Assembly: GCF_052425735.1 (NCBI RefSeq)
Contig: NC_135759.1
Coordinates: 30,442,001 to 30,506,000, forward strand
DNA from: Oculina patagonica
Taxonomy: Eukaryota
Direction: 5' to 3'
Length of the DNA: 64,000 nt
The number at the start of each line of letters is the position of its first letter. Position 1 is the first letter of the stretch. This document shows positions 26,091 to 39,500 of the stretch, piece by piece. The notes below the pieces were generated by a model. It did no database searches. It was given only the letters and a program-made list of their open reading frames with translations, and was not told the origin of the DNA. Made by a program: the position numbers and the translations under genes.

Positions 26091-27170
26091 CTGCAAAAAG
26101 TCACAATAATACAGTACTAACCGAGAATTAATTATGCACCTATCAATGTAAATCCCGCGAGGGGGGGGGGGGGGGGGGAGGGAGTGCGGGCCAGGGGTGA
26201 GGATTTGACAGAAAAGTAAAAATTGCAGTCAAGTTCCCGAGGGTGGGAAAATTTTTTTTGTTCAAATGTACCTAAGAAGACCCACCCAGGGGCAGAATTC
26301 TAAAACAAACTAACAAGTACTTTCTACATACCTTTATTTTCTGTCAATCCAACCGTTTCGGTATTCATATTAAAAACAATAAAAGGTCACGGACGTCTTA
26401 GATTTCCCTCAGGATTCCTACTCCAAATGTACTTGAAAGTAAAATATTCTTAAAATCGCTATTTTATGACTAAATGGCGTTAAAAGTGGCAGATAAATGC
26501 CGATGAAAAACTCAGAATCGTACCTTGCAATGAAGCATATGATTTCCAAAGCCACGAGAAGGAATAACTTGGTAATCTCGTCTGAAGATTGGATCCAGGC
26601 GCTTCCCGGTCAAAGTCAAATGTCCCAACCCCCGGGACGCGACTCGCAGTCAAATGCCCGACAGAGGGGATCGTTCTTGTTGTCAAATCCCGTGCCTTTG
26701 CCCGCACTCCTCCCCCCCCCCCCGCGGGATTTACATTGATAGGTGCATTACACGGGACAAGGCCGAACAGGCTCCCAAGTGGGGTAGGGGCCAGTAAGAT
26801 GGCGAGTGAGCCAAGCCGAGAAGGCATGGGCATGGGGGCAAAAAACAAGGGGAAGCCTGCTGACCCGCCGTGCCCCTTTCTTTCAGGAAAGGCTACCACG
26901 CAGACCAGACACGCAGACGTTCTTTTGGCTTGTCACGCAATCTTTCTTTTTTTGTGGGTCACATCTTTCATTTTTAGGGAGGAAAGTTTGGCGTTAGTCA
27001 ACAACGGACGACTACGTGCTCTGTCAAGTGTCTCTCTGTGGCGTCTACAGCAAGTCTAAAGATCTTTACTTGAGAAAATTCAGAGGACTCTAGTACTTGT
27101 TTCACTTAATATTTTGGTATGAAATCTCAAGTTGCAATGAATTCAGCTTCGCACCACTGCAGCTTATATA
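26091..27170 (-). promoter_or_regulatory. Gene B TATA, non-coding exon and 5'UTR intron (enlarged by a MITE)
   Basis: TATATAA at 27164-27170; donor CAA|GTAAAG at 27070/27069; acceptor CTTTTTGCAG ending at 26091; homologous to A and D. Confidence 0.65.
26135..26747. mobile_element. PIF/Harbinger (Tourist-like) MITE, TTA TSD, in the gene B 5'UTR intron
   Basis: TIR TGCACCTATCAATGTAAATCCCGCG; TTA on both sides; empty site AATTACACGG in paralog D at 57301. Confidence 0.9.
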
Positions 27171-27346
27171 GTGTCCATAATTTATTTAATTAATTTAATT
27201 TATATAATGTATTTAGAGGGGACCCTCTACTGATCTCTACTAACTGATGCTTGAGCCAAAAGAACGCGTCCTACATACACGGCCAATCTTTGGCTTCATG
27301 ATTCGTGTCGTTTGTCGATTTAAGATGGTTGTGCTATATCTAAAAA

Positions 27347-28589
27347 CATAGGCGTACGGGCCGGGGGGGGCAGGGGGGCTGCAGCCCCCCCCAAATTTTG
27401 GGCAACACAGTTTTTAAGAAGTTTTTTTTTTCGAAGTTTTAACCTGAAGTCGGCGTGTTAAAGCCAGTTCAATTCACAGATTTTAAATTCTTTTACTGTT
27501 GGGCACTGTACTGCAAATCTCTGTCACAGTTAAACAACTGATAAAGATAGTTTCTCCACGTTGCTAAATTTTACAAAATCGACAGCGAGATTCTGGAAGC
27601 AGAGTAGAAAATATGCGTGAGTTTTCGTAATGTGCGCGGAATAGGCTACATGACTGTTTTAGAAATACAAAATGAGAGAATGATATATTTGCTTAGTTTT
27701 CAACAGGGTTGTTTTCAGAGTTTCTTTACGTGGTTCATATCCATGCAGTGATACATCGTGTTCTGCTGAACGATCATTCAGTGCATTGTGCAGATTGAAA
27801 ACTTACCGCTGCAGCACCTGATGGGGCAACAAAGTGTCAGTAAGGCCAAGTTAAAAAACAAATGTTTCTCGTTCCGCCCGTTTCATTTTTTGAGCGGCCT
27901 CTTTTTTTTATTATCTGTTTTTGGAAAAGTTAGAACGAACAAAAACCAACACTATTTCCTTGTACTTTGTACAGAGTAAGGTATGGCTTTTGTCTGCCTT
28001 TTCATTCAAACTAAGACCAAAACTTTAAATCGATCCTTGTTACGCTAGGTCCCTATTGGATAGGTCAATTACCTTGCAGAATTTATTTTGTAAGTTCGCT
28101 TCTGGCCTGGAAAATTTGACGAGGGAGAAAAAAAATGGATATTCGAACAACACACGTATCGCTACGACAAGATAATAAATAATTAAAAAATTAAAAAAAA
28201 CGCGCCCGCCCGCTCTCTTTTTTTTTTTACAGAAATCCGGACGAGAAACATTTGTTTTTTTTTTTTACTTAAATTATTACGTGTAATCGCACTTATTAGC
28301 ATTTATGGGTATATTCAAACTCTGTAGTCAACAATAACATGGATCGCTTTGTAGATATCTACGGCCGTCGAAATGCTAGAGGCAGCTATTTCTTTTAACG
28401 TGTTTTATGAGCTCATATCATAGATTCTTATGTAAGGATTTTTCACTTCATTTGTAAGCCTATGTTAGTGCATCGTATGACCCTCGTTTCCTCTCGACTG
28501 TTTCGAAAAAAATTGGGCAACTTGCGAGAATTTTTTGGGCAAATATCTCACCGCCCCCCCCCTGGCAAAAAATTGCCCGTACGCCTATG
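27347..28589 (+). mobile_element. Internally deleted hAT transposon with a nested MITE (~27844-28270)
   Basis: TIR CATAGGCGTACGGGC; 8-bp TSD TCTAAAAA; remnant of the hAT C-terminal dimerisation domain (SCSAERSFSAL.RLKTY) at ~27755-27840. Confidence 0.88.
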
Positions 28590-30765
28590 TCTAAAAAGGT
28601 GAAAAAAATTCAAGTTAACCTATCTAATAGTTGGTTGATTGAATTATTTATAAATGATTACTTGATAAATTGCATGCCTTACATGTATGATGTAGTAGGA
28701 TGTTGGAATTCATGGAAATTTCAATAGATTTCTGCTGAGTTATATTTACATGAATAATACTTTTTCATCAAGGAAGATTGACTCCTGTTAGTGACATTTT
28801 TTTAAATTTTATTTAGTTCACATATAGCCGTAGGAGTAAGGCTGCTCTTCACATCCTGCACTTCTATTTCGTCAGACTAACTCAAGTCGGATCTCGCTTT
28901 CGAAACACAAATCTGCGCTGCTTCCCATCAACGAATCCTCAAAGTAGCAAAAATGACTCACATGAAAATAAGCTGCCAAACTTGACTGGCGACGACTTGA
29001 GTAACAGACATACTGTACTGTAATCACTGACATTGATTTATTTCCAGTGGCGAACCACTAGGGTTACGTATGATGTAGTGTGATTGAAGATTCTTCTGTT
29101 TAAATGTTTGATGCTTTTTTCCAGTAGTTGCAATTTTAACAATCCGATTATTCCCCCACATTTAGCACAAGCACAAATTTAATAACCAGTACAGAAAACT
29201 AAATGAAGACAACATAGCCACGTCACTCTTACACATGTACACAGTACACTATTTTATTTTGTTTCAGAACAAATTCGTTGTTTATTACCAAGCCTGTGAT
29301 GTTACACATTACGTAAGGGAAGTGGTCATAACAAGTGTACTCGACGAGGACCCACCTTGTGTTGGGGTATGGGGGCTATGCAAGATACCACCTCTCTGGT
29401 AAGCCAGGTGGACAAAATTTATTGGCCTTAAAATTTGAGTTGATGCTTTTATATTAGGTGTGCATGAAGCTTGCCTTGCTGGAGAAATGGCACAAGGAGG
29501 TTTGAATCTTTTTCTTAGTTTCTACTCTGATAGAGTTGGGGCTATACAAACAAGACACCATCTTTTAAGGTGGGGAAAGAGAGGTACATGAAGAGACCAC
29601 CTGTCTTTTTTGCAGAGTGATGGGTCCTGTCCGAGTACAATAGTTTTGACCATTTCCCTAACTAAAGCTCGTCTAGACGCGTATCGCGTCTTGTGCCCGT
29701 CTATATACGAGAGACGCATACCCAGACGAGCAACAAAATTTCTGCCGAAGCTCGTCCAGACGGGTAACTCGTCTCTAATATAAAAACGGCCATTATTGTT
29801 AGTGTCAAATTGATGGAAAATCAAGAAAATAATTTACGTGCAGTAGCTTAAATTCAATCATGCATATTACACGTTCAAAAATAGATTGAAGTGTTTGATA
29901 AAAGTATCTCGTATTAAATTTAAAATCTATTTCGCAACTTGTGGAGTAATAAAGGTTGTAAGCTAATGAAATCAAGAAATTTTATCTTTCGTTTGCAGTC
30001 AATTTTGACCTGAAACGTCGTTTCGTCTATACATTGTACTTTTAAAAGTATTTTTATAAGGTGACTATATATTGAAAAACTGACAAATAGTGCCTTACAT
30101 GCACAACACGTTATGTAACCGTCAGCAACAATATTTTAAATGGTTGCAGTATATATACTAACTGTACTGTATTACTATACTGTATTATCATACTATGACT
30201 TTGATAATAAATCTGCTAATTTGATTTGATAATTTGATAATAAATCTGCTTATTCGTGCAAAGAGCCGAAGCTATAAAAAACGAAAAACAAAAGGCGTAA
30301 AGTAAAATCGAATTCCGCGCGTTTTCCTCCAGGGGAAGAAGATTGAAAATGAAAGTCGGATGTCGTTTTTCATAGAGAAATAAAAAACAGATTTTGGAAA
30401 TTGAACTTTAAATTTAATTTTACAGCGCGGAAGAAAAACGAAAAATGAAAATACTTTTGAAATTCATTTTCCTACGCAATTGAAAATCTGTTGTCACTAA
30501 GGTACACGGATTCAACCCTTAAGGACTTTACGAGAAGAGCCGCTGGACTAGTTTGCAAACTACAGGTACTCAACAAACTACAATAAGTCCTGGGATCAAG
30601 ACGTTTACCACGTGGGTGATAAGGTGCCGTTTTGTTAGTTTTCACTAAGGACATTACTAGTGTTAAAAAACAACGTTTAAAGAAAAACCATTTCCATCAT
30701 TTTTGATTCCGTTAGATACCGCAAAGCACACTTTGTATGCCGGTTTACCAAATTTAAAACATTCT

Positions 30766-30998
30766 TTTAAAAATACGCGAGTAACCAGGGTAAGACATTG
30801 TAAAAAAATAGAAAATGCTATCTCTGGTTTAAAATTTAATTAAAAACGAGCTTTCGACTACCAGTCTGCAGTCTTTATTAACAAGTATAAAGCGCCGGCC
30901 CCCCCCCGGGGGAATAAAGTCTTGTTAAAGACCACAGACTGGTAGTCGAAAGCTCGTTTTTAATCAAATTTTTTAAACCAGAGATCGCATTTTCTATT
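30766..30998. mobile_element. Second miniature fold-back Penelope-like insertion with degenerate hammerhead motifs
   Basis: 13-bp TSD TTTAAAACATTCT (30753-30765, 30999-31011); the empty site is visible in paralog B near 15950; both arms carry GAC..AGACTG.GTAGTC-GAAA-GCTC. Confidence 0.65.
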
Positions 30999-31166
30999 TT
31001 TAAAACATTCTGTTGATTTCTTCCTATGTCTTAAAACAAAAAAAACTGAACTGAATAGCATTTCTAAACGAATCTCCGATAGGCCATTTTAATCAATAGT
31101 CCAATAAAGGTCAATTTTAGAACATCTAGTTGTCTGCGTAGTAAACAATGGGGCACAACCCTGGTT

Positions 31167-34100
31167 TTACTCTCTTTGGGAAACTTTAAGCATGATATTT
31201 CCTGGAAGGCAGGCAAGAACACTAGCAACAGCAAATCTCAATGGGACCTGCAAAGAAAGAAAACAAATTCAGTGATTGCATTGATTATGAGGCTTAAAAG
31301 TGCAGCAATTCATGTTCTACAGCAAAAATTGACCTTGAATATCCGACCTTATTGTCGAGTTTTGCAGAACAATCGCAGGACGCTGACGAACCCACCTGCG
31401 CAAGTCTTCATGACCGTTTTTCATGCGCAACGCAAAGTAATCAAGACATATGCTGCAATCGTTGCTTAATGCTTTAGGCGAACCAAAAACCCAAACCCAC
31501 CAAAACCTACAAAAAGGTTAGGTACATTAATTAAGAAAAACGTCCACACGATTTGAATCGATGGACAATAAATATAATACACACGCTATGTTCAGCACAA
31601 CAAACCTACCGGTGCTGTTTTCTCTGTGCGCTCCAGCTTGTATTTCTTCAGTAATCTCACCAGAGTCAGTTTAATTTCCAGCAAAGCAAATCTCATGCCG
31701 ATACAACTGTGAGGACCATGTCCAAACGGCATGAAAGTAAAAGGATGACGCTTTGCTTTCTCTGTTTCGGTAAACCTGTCAAAAAACATGCAGGGAAAAT
31801 TTAATCTGTTAGTAACGACAACTTTGACAAGATTTCGTTTGATAAAAAAACAGTGATTAAATAAGACGAAAAGAAAACAAGATGAACAAAGACGGGAGAA
31901 AAGGAGGAAAAAAAAGAAAGAACTTTCACGGGAAAGCTGAGGAGGGAGAATGAACCAAAACAACAACAAAAATACGTGAGATAAACAACATCGAAAATCA
32001 GGCATCGTCTCCTCACCTCTCTGGATTAAACGTTTCAGGTTCTGGCCAAATCTCTGGGTCGTGATGAATTGCATAGCATGGAATCATGACTGGCATTCCT
32101 TTTGGAATTGTAACTCCTTTGATAGTGCAGGTCTCGTTGCAATCTCTCTGGAGTCTAACGTTACAATAAATTGCATTTAGACAACTCGGCCATGTATCAT
32201 AGAAGAAAAGCTGTCACCTACTTACGATGATGCGATGAGCCCTCGACAAAGAATAGTTTTTGAAAATAGGAGTGTTGTGAGTTAAACAAAAACCTAAAAT
32301 CCGTTTTACTTCAACATAATATGGCTTTCTATTAAAAAATCATGATTCTGCAACTTCACCTAGTTAGCCGTTAATGAATTGACAATGGCGGCTCGTTTTT
32401 CTATTTCCATTTTTGGCTTTGAGCATGCAAACACAACGTTTTTTAACGCAACTGATTAAACAACGCTGTGGGAGGCGCGGTGGCCTAATGGTTAGCGCGC
32501 TTGACTCCGAGTCGAACGGCCCGGGTTCGAGGCCTGGCCGGGGCGCTGCGTTGTGTTCTTGGGCAAGACACTTTACTCTCACAGTGCCTCTCTCCACCGG
32601 CGAATTTACTGCTGGGGGGTAACCCTGCGATGGACTAGCATCCCATCCAGGGGGGAGTAGCAATACTCCTAGTCGCTTAATGCTACTGAAACCGGGATAA
32701 GCTCCGGCTGTATGGGCCTCATGGCTCGGAGACAGACTTTACTTTTTATTAAACAACGCGAGGCAAAAAAGTAAAATGGTAGGGGAAGAAAGCATGACTT
32801 TCCAAATCAAAATTTTCCCTATGAATGTGCACAACTGTTAGTAAAACAGATAGAAAAAAAACAGTTAAAGTTCGATATTGAACAATGCTGAGACTGAAAC
32901 CTTCAATATTCAAATTTTAGTAACCGGCCAGGCCGACAAAGCGTTAACTAATACCCAACAGCTGTAAGTGTTTCTCCAATACTTACACAAATCCTGGGGG
33001 ATACATTCTTAAGGCTTCGTTAATAACCATGTCAAGGTATTCCATCTTGTGAAGGACGTCATATGACGGCGATACCTGCAGATAAAGTAGTCATTCAATT
33101 AAAAAATTGACCACGGGCATCCGTGGAAGTAGGGCCAGACTTTTGCCAGGCTTTCTTTTCTACCTTTGTTCCAAACAAGGTCTTCAGACTCCAGGGAAAT
33201 GCTTGTTCTTCTTAAAGGCATCCATTGCATTGCCAGTTGAAGAGGTACAAAACCTTTTTATTGTGAACATCAGTTTCTTCAATGTCGGAACGGGAAGGTT
33301 CCATCTTATTATACTGCCATAATCTTTTGCGTTTTGTTCTTGAACTTCATCTTGCCTTAAATGATCATATTTCATGGTAAGGGGGGGGGGGGATAATGAA
33401 AGTACGTCATGCTTAGTACGAGATGGTTAAAAGAGCTGTTGGTATTTCTTTCAAAAGATAGATCGCTAACTTTTAATCTTGTGGTCAAAACAAGTGAATC
33501 ACAAATTAGAGTTCCACCAACACCAAAAAGTTACATACTTCGTCTCCAGGCCACATACGGTCAATCTCGTCTCTAAGTTTGTCTTGCACATGCGTGTCAG
33601 TGGCGAGATGATAACAAACAAAGCCCAGAGTGGTACTAGAAGTTTCATATCCAGCAATAAGGAACACAACACTCTGGGCCATGATATCATCATTATCAAT
33701 TTTCTCTCCTCCTGTTTCTTCTTTGGCATCTAGCATCAATTGCAACATGTCTTTCCGCTGCAAACAAGGACGTAAAAACCTGGTGTGAAAACTTGCAGGA
33801 AGTTTGCTTTTCCCAAAACTGATGAAGATTAAAAACCAGCGGGTCAAGGAATTGAAGAAGAAAATTTGTTGTGCATTAAAAGGCCATAGCCTAAAACAAA
33901 GTTAAAATATAAAGCTTGTCTGCTTTTTACTTTTAGATTGATGCTCAGTGTCAATGACACTTAGCTTCCAGACACTGACTGAGAGAAACTACTTACATGA
34001 GCTTTGCTGTCGCCATTTGCTTTTGTCCTCTCAGTGATAATATTTGCTGCTACCGCCCCAATCTTTTCCAAATTAAAAGGGTCTGGGAGGTACTTGAGTA

Positions 34101-36511
34101 AACGGTCTCCAAATGGTAAAAGCACTGTAAAATAAAGTAACAAATAAGAGCTGGAGCTGGCTTTCAACGAAAAACTTCCGGTATACGGAATAATAACCAT
34201 GATGGTGACTAGCAGGGCCCGGGGGGTACTCAAAAAAGTTCTATACCATTTTTGACAGAAATTGTACCCCTTTCGTATACCTTTAACTGAAAAAGGTACC
34301 CCTTTCATATACCTAAGCGACATGGCGTGGACTTAAAATAGGACGTTTTCTTGTCATTTTTATGTAGCGCTTAATAAATAAAAATAATACAGCCATAAAT
34401 TGCGTCTGTTCGAAATATTTTAATTAAAGGCCCTTTTAAATAGCCAAATGACATATTTCCACACCCTTTCATATACTTAAAACTCGTGAAATCCCTACCC
34501 TTTTATATACCTGAAGCCTGAAAAAGGTACCCCTTTTGGGCGGAGCCTCCCCGTATAGGCCGTTATAGGTAGTACCCCCCCCCCCCCGGGTAGCTGGGTT
34601 TCATTCCAAACGAGACAGACCTTTAGACTGCCAGTCTGTATCCTATCTCTTCATTAAATACTGGCCTTCTTCTTCTGCTTCTGCTTCTTTAAATACTGGG
34701 ATTTTTATAAATTATTTTTACCATTGAGTGTTGTATTTTATAGCATTGTATTAGTCATATGTATCAAAATCAACAAGACCATAATAACAAGCCTTCACTG
34801 AAGCATAACAACAAAAGCAGTAATTCCTTACTCATTAGTCCCCAAATTGGGTGTGTTCTCATGGCCTTCTTTGCTAGTTCAGTGATTGGATCATTCTCAA
34901 CAGTTTGTGTTTCTGCCTTGACTCCAAATGCTGTTGACAAAATCACTTCCATGGTCAGACTCTGAAGCCACCTAGAAAACAAATGAGAATTAATAGCATT
35001 AAATTCTAATTGAGTCTTCTAACCACTCAATGGTCAGTAATTACATTTATCCCATTCCTTGAAGAATACAACCAATCACGAGCCTAGAAAGCCGTTGCTT
35101 ATTCTGCCATATCCCACGGAAGTTTCCCGGCGTTCATTGGGCCTCCAAGTTTTTCCGCCGAAAGCCAAGCCGGCAACGTGCGCCATTTTTTGTTTTTCAC
35201 TCAGCTTAAACTAAAATTTGCGATAAAATGTTCAAACGTAAATGAAGAACCAAATTATTCTCTCGAATTTGACATTCTATAGTTTAAATCTTCGAAAAAC
35301 TTCATACTAGAGACGGAAAAACTTGATGCAGACGTCGAGGAATTTGCCAAACAGCGACTGAAAATATCCAGGATCGGTAGACTGAAACCTTTGTCATGTT
35401 CATGCAAAACAGTGACTTTGACTTTGCACCGCCAGAACAATTTATTTATGCTGTACATGTATTCTTTTGGCTATCCGAAAAGCGGACGGAGGAATCTAAA
35501 CCGGTTAAGTTAATACAATTTTTTTTTTCATTATGCGTAAGTAAGAGGAATGGGATAAAAAAGTTATGCAATGCTTTCTCGTGGCGTACCGTGAATTATC
35601 TCATGCCTTGAAAAATACAGCCAATCAGGAGCCTCTCCGGTATTGCACAGGTCGCAGTCTACGAATATTTTCCCGGCATTCATCACGGCCTCCAAGTTTT
35701 CCCGCCAAAAGCCGTGCTGGCAACCGACGCGCGCCATTTTTCTCATTCAGCTCAGAGAAAATTTTCAAACATGAATGAAGAACCAAATTATTTTCTCGAA
35801 CTCGATGTTTTTATAGTCAAATCTTCGGAAAACTTTACGCAGACGTCGAGAAATTAACTAAACAGCGACCTAAAGCCCAGAAACGGTGAAGAAAACAGCT
35901 CTTGACTGCAAGACGTTTGTCACGTTCATGCAAAACAAATGTTCTGAACGTCAGGGCAACTTATTTATGATGTATAATGTATTTGGTTGGCTATCCGAAA
36001 AGCAGAAGGAGGAATCTAGGCGGATACGGTAATATTAAATAAAGTTTCGTAAAATATTCACTCGAAGTTGTACCTGTAGGTTGTCCGGATTCGTCTTGTA
36101 AGCTTAATTAGCTGTTTGTGTGTATTTTGTCTATAATAAATTTAAAATAATGAGAAATAATTCTGCATCCTTGATCTGGGGCACTCGGCAACCAATTTTT
36201 TTTTACCAAAGACATGTCAAGATAATTACAAAATTCTATCACAAAAAAAAAAAACAGGGGTCAGTACAAAATTATTCAAATGCATTCATTTAATTAGTGA
36301 ATAAAATTTATTGCTCACTAAAAAAACACTACCTGTGAAAATCAACAATCTCTCCTGTCTTGGAAATCCTATCCACTTTTTGAATTAAAGTATCCATTGC
36401 TTCATTCATAAAGGACATCATCTACAACAACCAGATAACTATAAAAATTAAATTGAAATCCTTCAATGTTCGATGTTTAAAATCGATTATTATTGTTGTT
36501 GCATGATGTTG

Positions 36512-36570
<59 letters not shown>

Positions 36571-39500
36571 CATTGTAGTCACTATCTGTCTTGTCATTGG
36601 TTAAGAGCCTACAGTTAATTCTGGGATTCAACGCAACCTACGGATTATTCACTCGAATTCTGCTAGCAGATGAGTAAATGATCTGTAGGTTGCACACACA
36701 ATGCATGATTTCCAAGAGCAATGCCAAATTCACGGGTGGTGAGTGGCATCTTGCTCACAGCTAAGGTAAAAACATGGCTCATCGATAGTTTTACTTCTTC
36801 AACTGAGCAAGAAATTGAAAAATTGCTGGATGAGACTTACAAAACACAAAAAGATCAACAAAAGTTGCAAAGGAACTGTTCCACGAAAACCTTGAGAAGA
36901 AAGGTCTGTGTACCTTCTGTCCATTCAATTTTTAAGAAAAATCAAAACTTGAAAAATGAAAAATGGAAATCATCTCTCGAGAATATTGAATAATTGAGAA
37001 AAAAATCCAAATTAAATGTCTGTTTTCAATTTTTGACATTTAAAATCAGCATAAGAATTAAAAGTGGTAATTTCCTATTTCAATTTTGTTATTTTCCAAC
37101 TGAATCAAAATGGAAAATTACCACTCTTTCTCCAAATATTTCTATTTTTTTGATATTATTATTCAATGAAATGGACCCAATCCTTTACGTATCACATCTG
37201 GAAAGTCGGAAATCAAAATCGCATTTCAATTTTCGTCTTTGATGAAAATCACAAATTGACTAAAGTACCATGTGGGGAAGAGTGGGTAGACTACCAACAT
37301 GCCAGGTTGGGTTACTATTAGTAAGTTAACAAAAATATTGACTTAAATGGTAGAAATTATTTCATTTGCAGATGGAGAGTATTCACTTACATGCTTCATT
37401 TTAGATGCACTGAAGGTTGGCGACAGAGTATTACGAAGATCCTTCCACTTCTGACCAGGTACAATGTTTAACATTCTATTATAAGGCTCTGGGATATCCA
37501 CAAAGTTCTGATAATTAAATTAAATGGACATGTGTGATTCAAAATTATCAGAACATTACGACATATATTCTATCATATTTGGGGATATGTCTAACTATAA
37601 TCTTCTGAGGACAAAGCTGCTTTTTGAGATTCTTGAAAGAAGCATTCAATTCAAGGGACAAGTAACAAAAAACATGACCCCATTTCCCTGTGGGTACACC
37701 CCTTCTTAACCCCCATATTATGATACCATAAAGTTCTGAAAGTAATAACTTCTAAAAGTAACAACCCACTGAAAATTTTGACTCTATGAGATTTATACCG
37801 ACTTAAAACATAACTTCACTTGTTGCCAAGATAAAAATAAAAACAACAGATACAACAAACCATGCCAAACTGATCTTATGTTTGTTCTAGGTTAACCGTT
37901 ATTCAAAAGGCAATGTAAATGTTGTTTATAGTGGTCATGCACTTAGCACCATATCTCTTCGAGATAGCTAGTTTACAGGCCTTAAAAGGCATGCCACTGA
38001 AACAGAGAGGACNNNNNNNNNNNNNNNNNNNNNNNNNNNNNNNNNNNNNNNNNNNNNNNNNNNNNNNNNNNNNNNNNNNNNNNNNNNNNNNNNNNNNNNN
38101 NNNNNNNNNNNNNNNNNNNNNNNNNNNNNNNNNNNNNNNNNNNNNNNNNNNNNNNNNNNNNNNTAAAAGGTTGAATTATGTCATATTTACAAATTTATAA
38201 AGTGATAAAAACTAACGATAAAATGTAAAAATATTTAAAGAACTATACAAGAGTTATTAAAATCCACACTTAAGTACATTAGGGACAATAAAACTATTTC
38301 TAAATCTATTAGTCTTAAAAACAGGGTTAAACTGGCGTGACTTTCTGAGGTTATAACTACCGGTACTAAGATTCCGTGGGGGCAGTAAATTTCTCAGCCT
38401 ACTGTCATTGTTCTCTAAAATGTTGTTAAACAATTTTTCCATCAGGGCTTGACTTCGACTTGACAGAGTGACCAGACTTGCCTTGTCGACCGCTTCTTCA
38501 TACGTAAAAAACGAGTATCTTAGGTTATAAGATTTGATTGTGATAATAGGTTAGGGAAACATGTGTATTACAATTTTAATTTTAGATGCAGTTTAAAAAC
38601 TGCATCTAGAGTTACATAGATGTATGTATGTAAAAAAAGAATGTTAAAATGACAATAAAGATGATAAAAAAAGTACATCTACAGTTAAAATTTCATCTGC
38701 TCTGTAATTATTTTTAAGCTAATATTAAGGGGATCTTCCTAGAAAAGCTCAATAGAGCTTGCTAAGATCTCCTGCTATTAAATTTAAATTAGCAAACAAA
38801 AGATCAGTTTAAATGTACATGTAATATAATGGACGAATAAAGAAAGAACAAAGTAACAGGAAAGGTTGTTACTTTTAAAACTTTACAGTTAGTCAACTGT
38901 ACTTATATTAAAAGTATTAGTAATTATATGCTGCAAATGGGAAAGAAAATAGGCTGAACTGTACAACCTTACCATTCTATCGTGAAACTTGGGAAATTCT
39001 TTAATAAGAATATCTTTGATCATGTCTGGATCACCAATCATGAGAAATGGCGTACGGAAAAAATACATTCTAAAAGAGAATTTAATGAGCACACATGTAA
39101 ATTATGCACTAATTTATCCATTAAACATTTTAATTACTAATATAGAATCAAGGTACCAGATTGCATGGTCTGGGCTGATGTGCTCTGACTGTGTCATTGT
39201 ATTGCGTATTTAAGCAAGACATCTTACATCTTAAACATGGTGAGTGCAAATGAGAACTAGTGAACAGTTGGGAAAACCAGACAAAATAATACCTAGGGGG
39301 CTACAAACCTGGCATATGGACTAGCATCCTGTCCAGGGGGAGTAGAATAATAACTCCCAGAAACTGAATGCCAGCAAGTATTATTGCTATAGAAACTCAG
39401 CCATAGCTTTGGCAGTTTTATTTAGAACACACCCTCACTTGCACTTCTAAAATGTTCTTAATTTTTCATATGCTTTTATTGTTCAACAACCACAACAAGC

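Noticed and set aside
26480-27059. 139-156 aa ORFs upstream of gene B
   Set aside because: They span a MITE terminus and a poly-C run in the 5'UTR intron; no protein features.
32470-32545. tRNA gene
   Set aside because: The A and B boxes belong to a SINE head followed by a SINE body, tail and TSD; no convincing cloverleaf.
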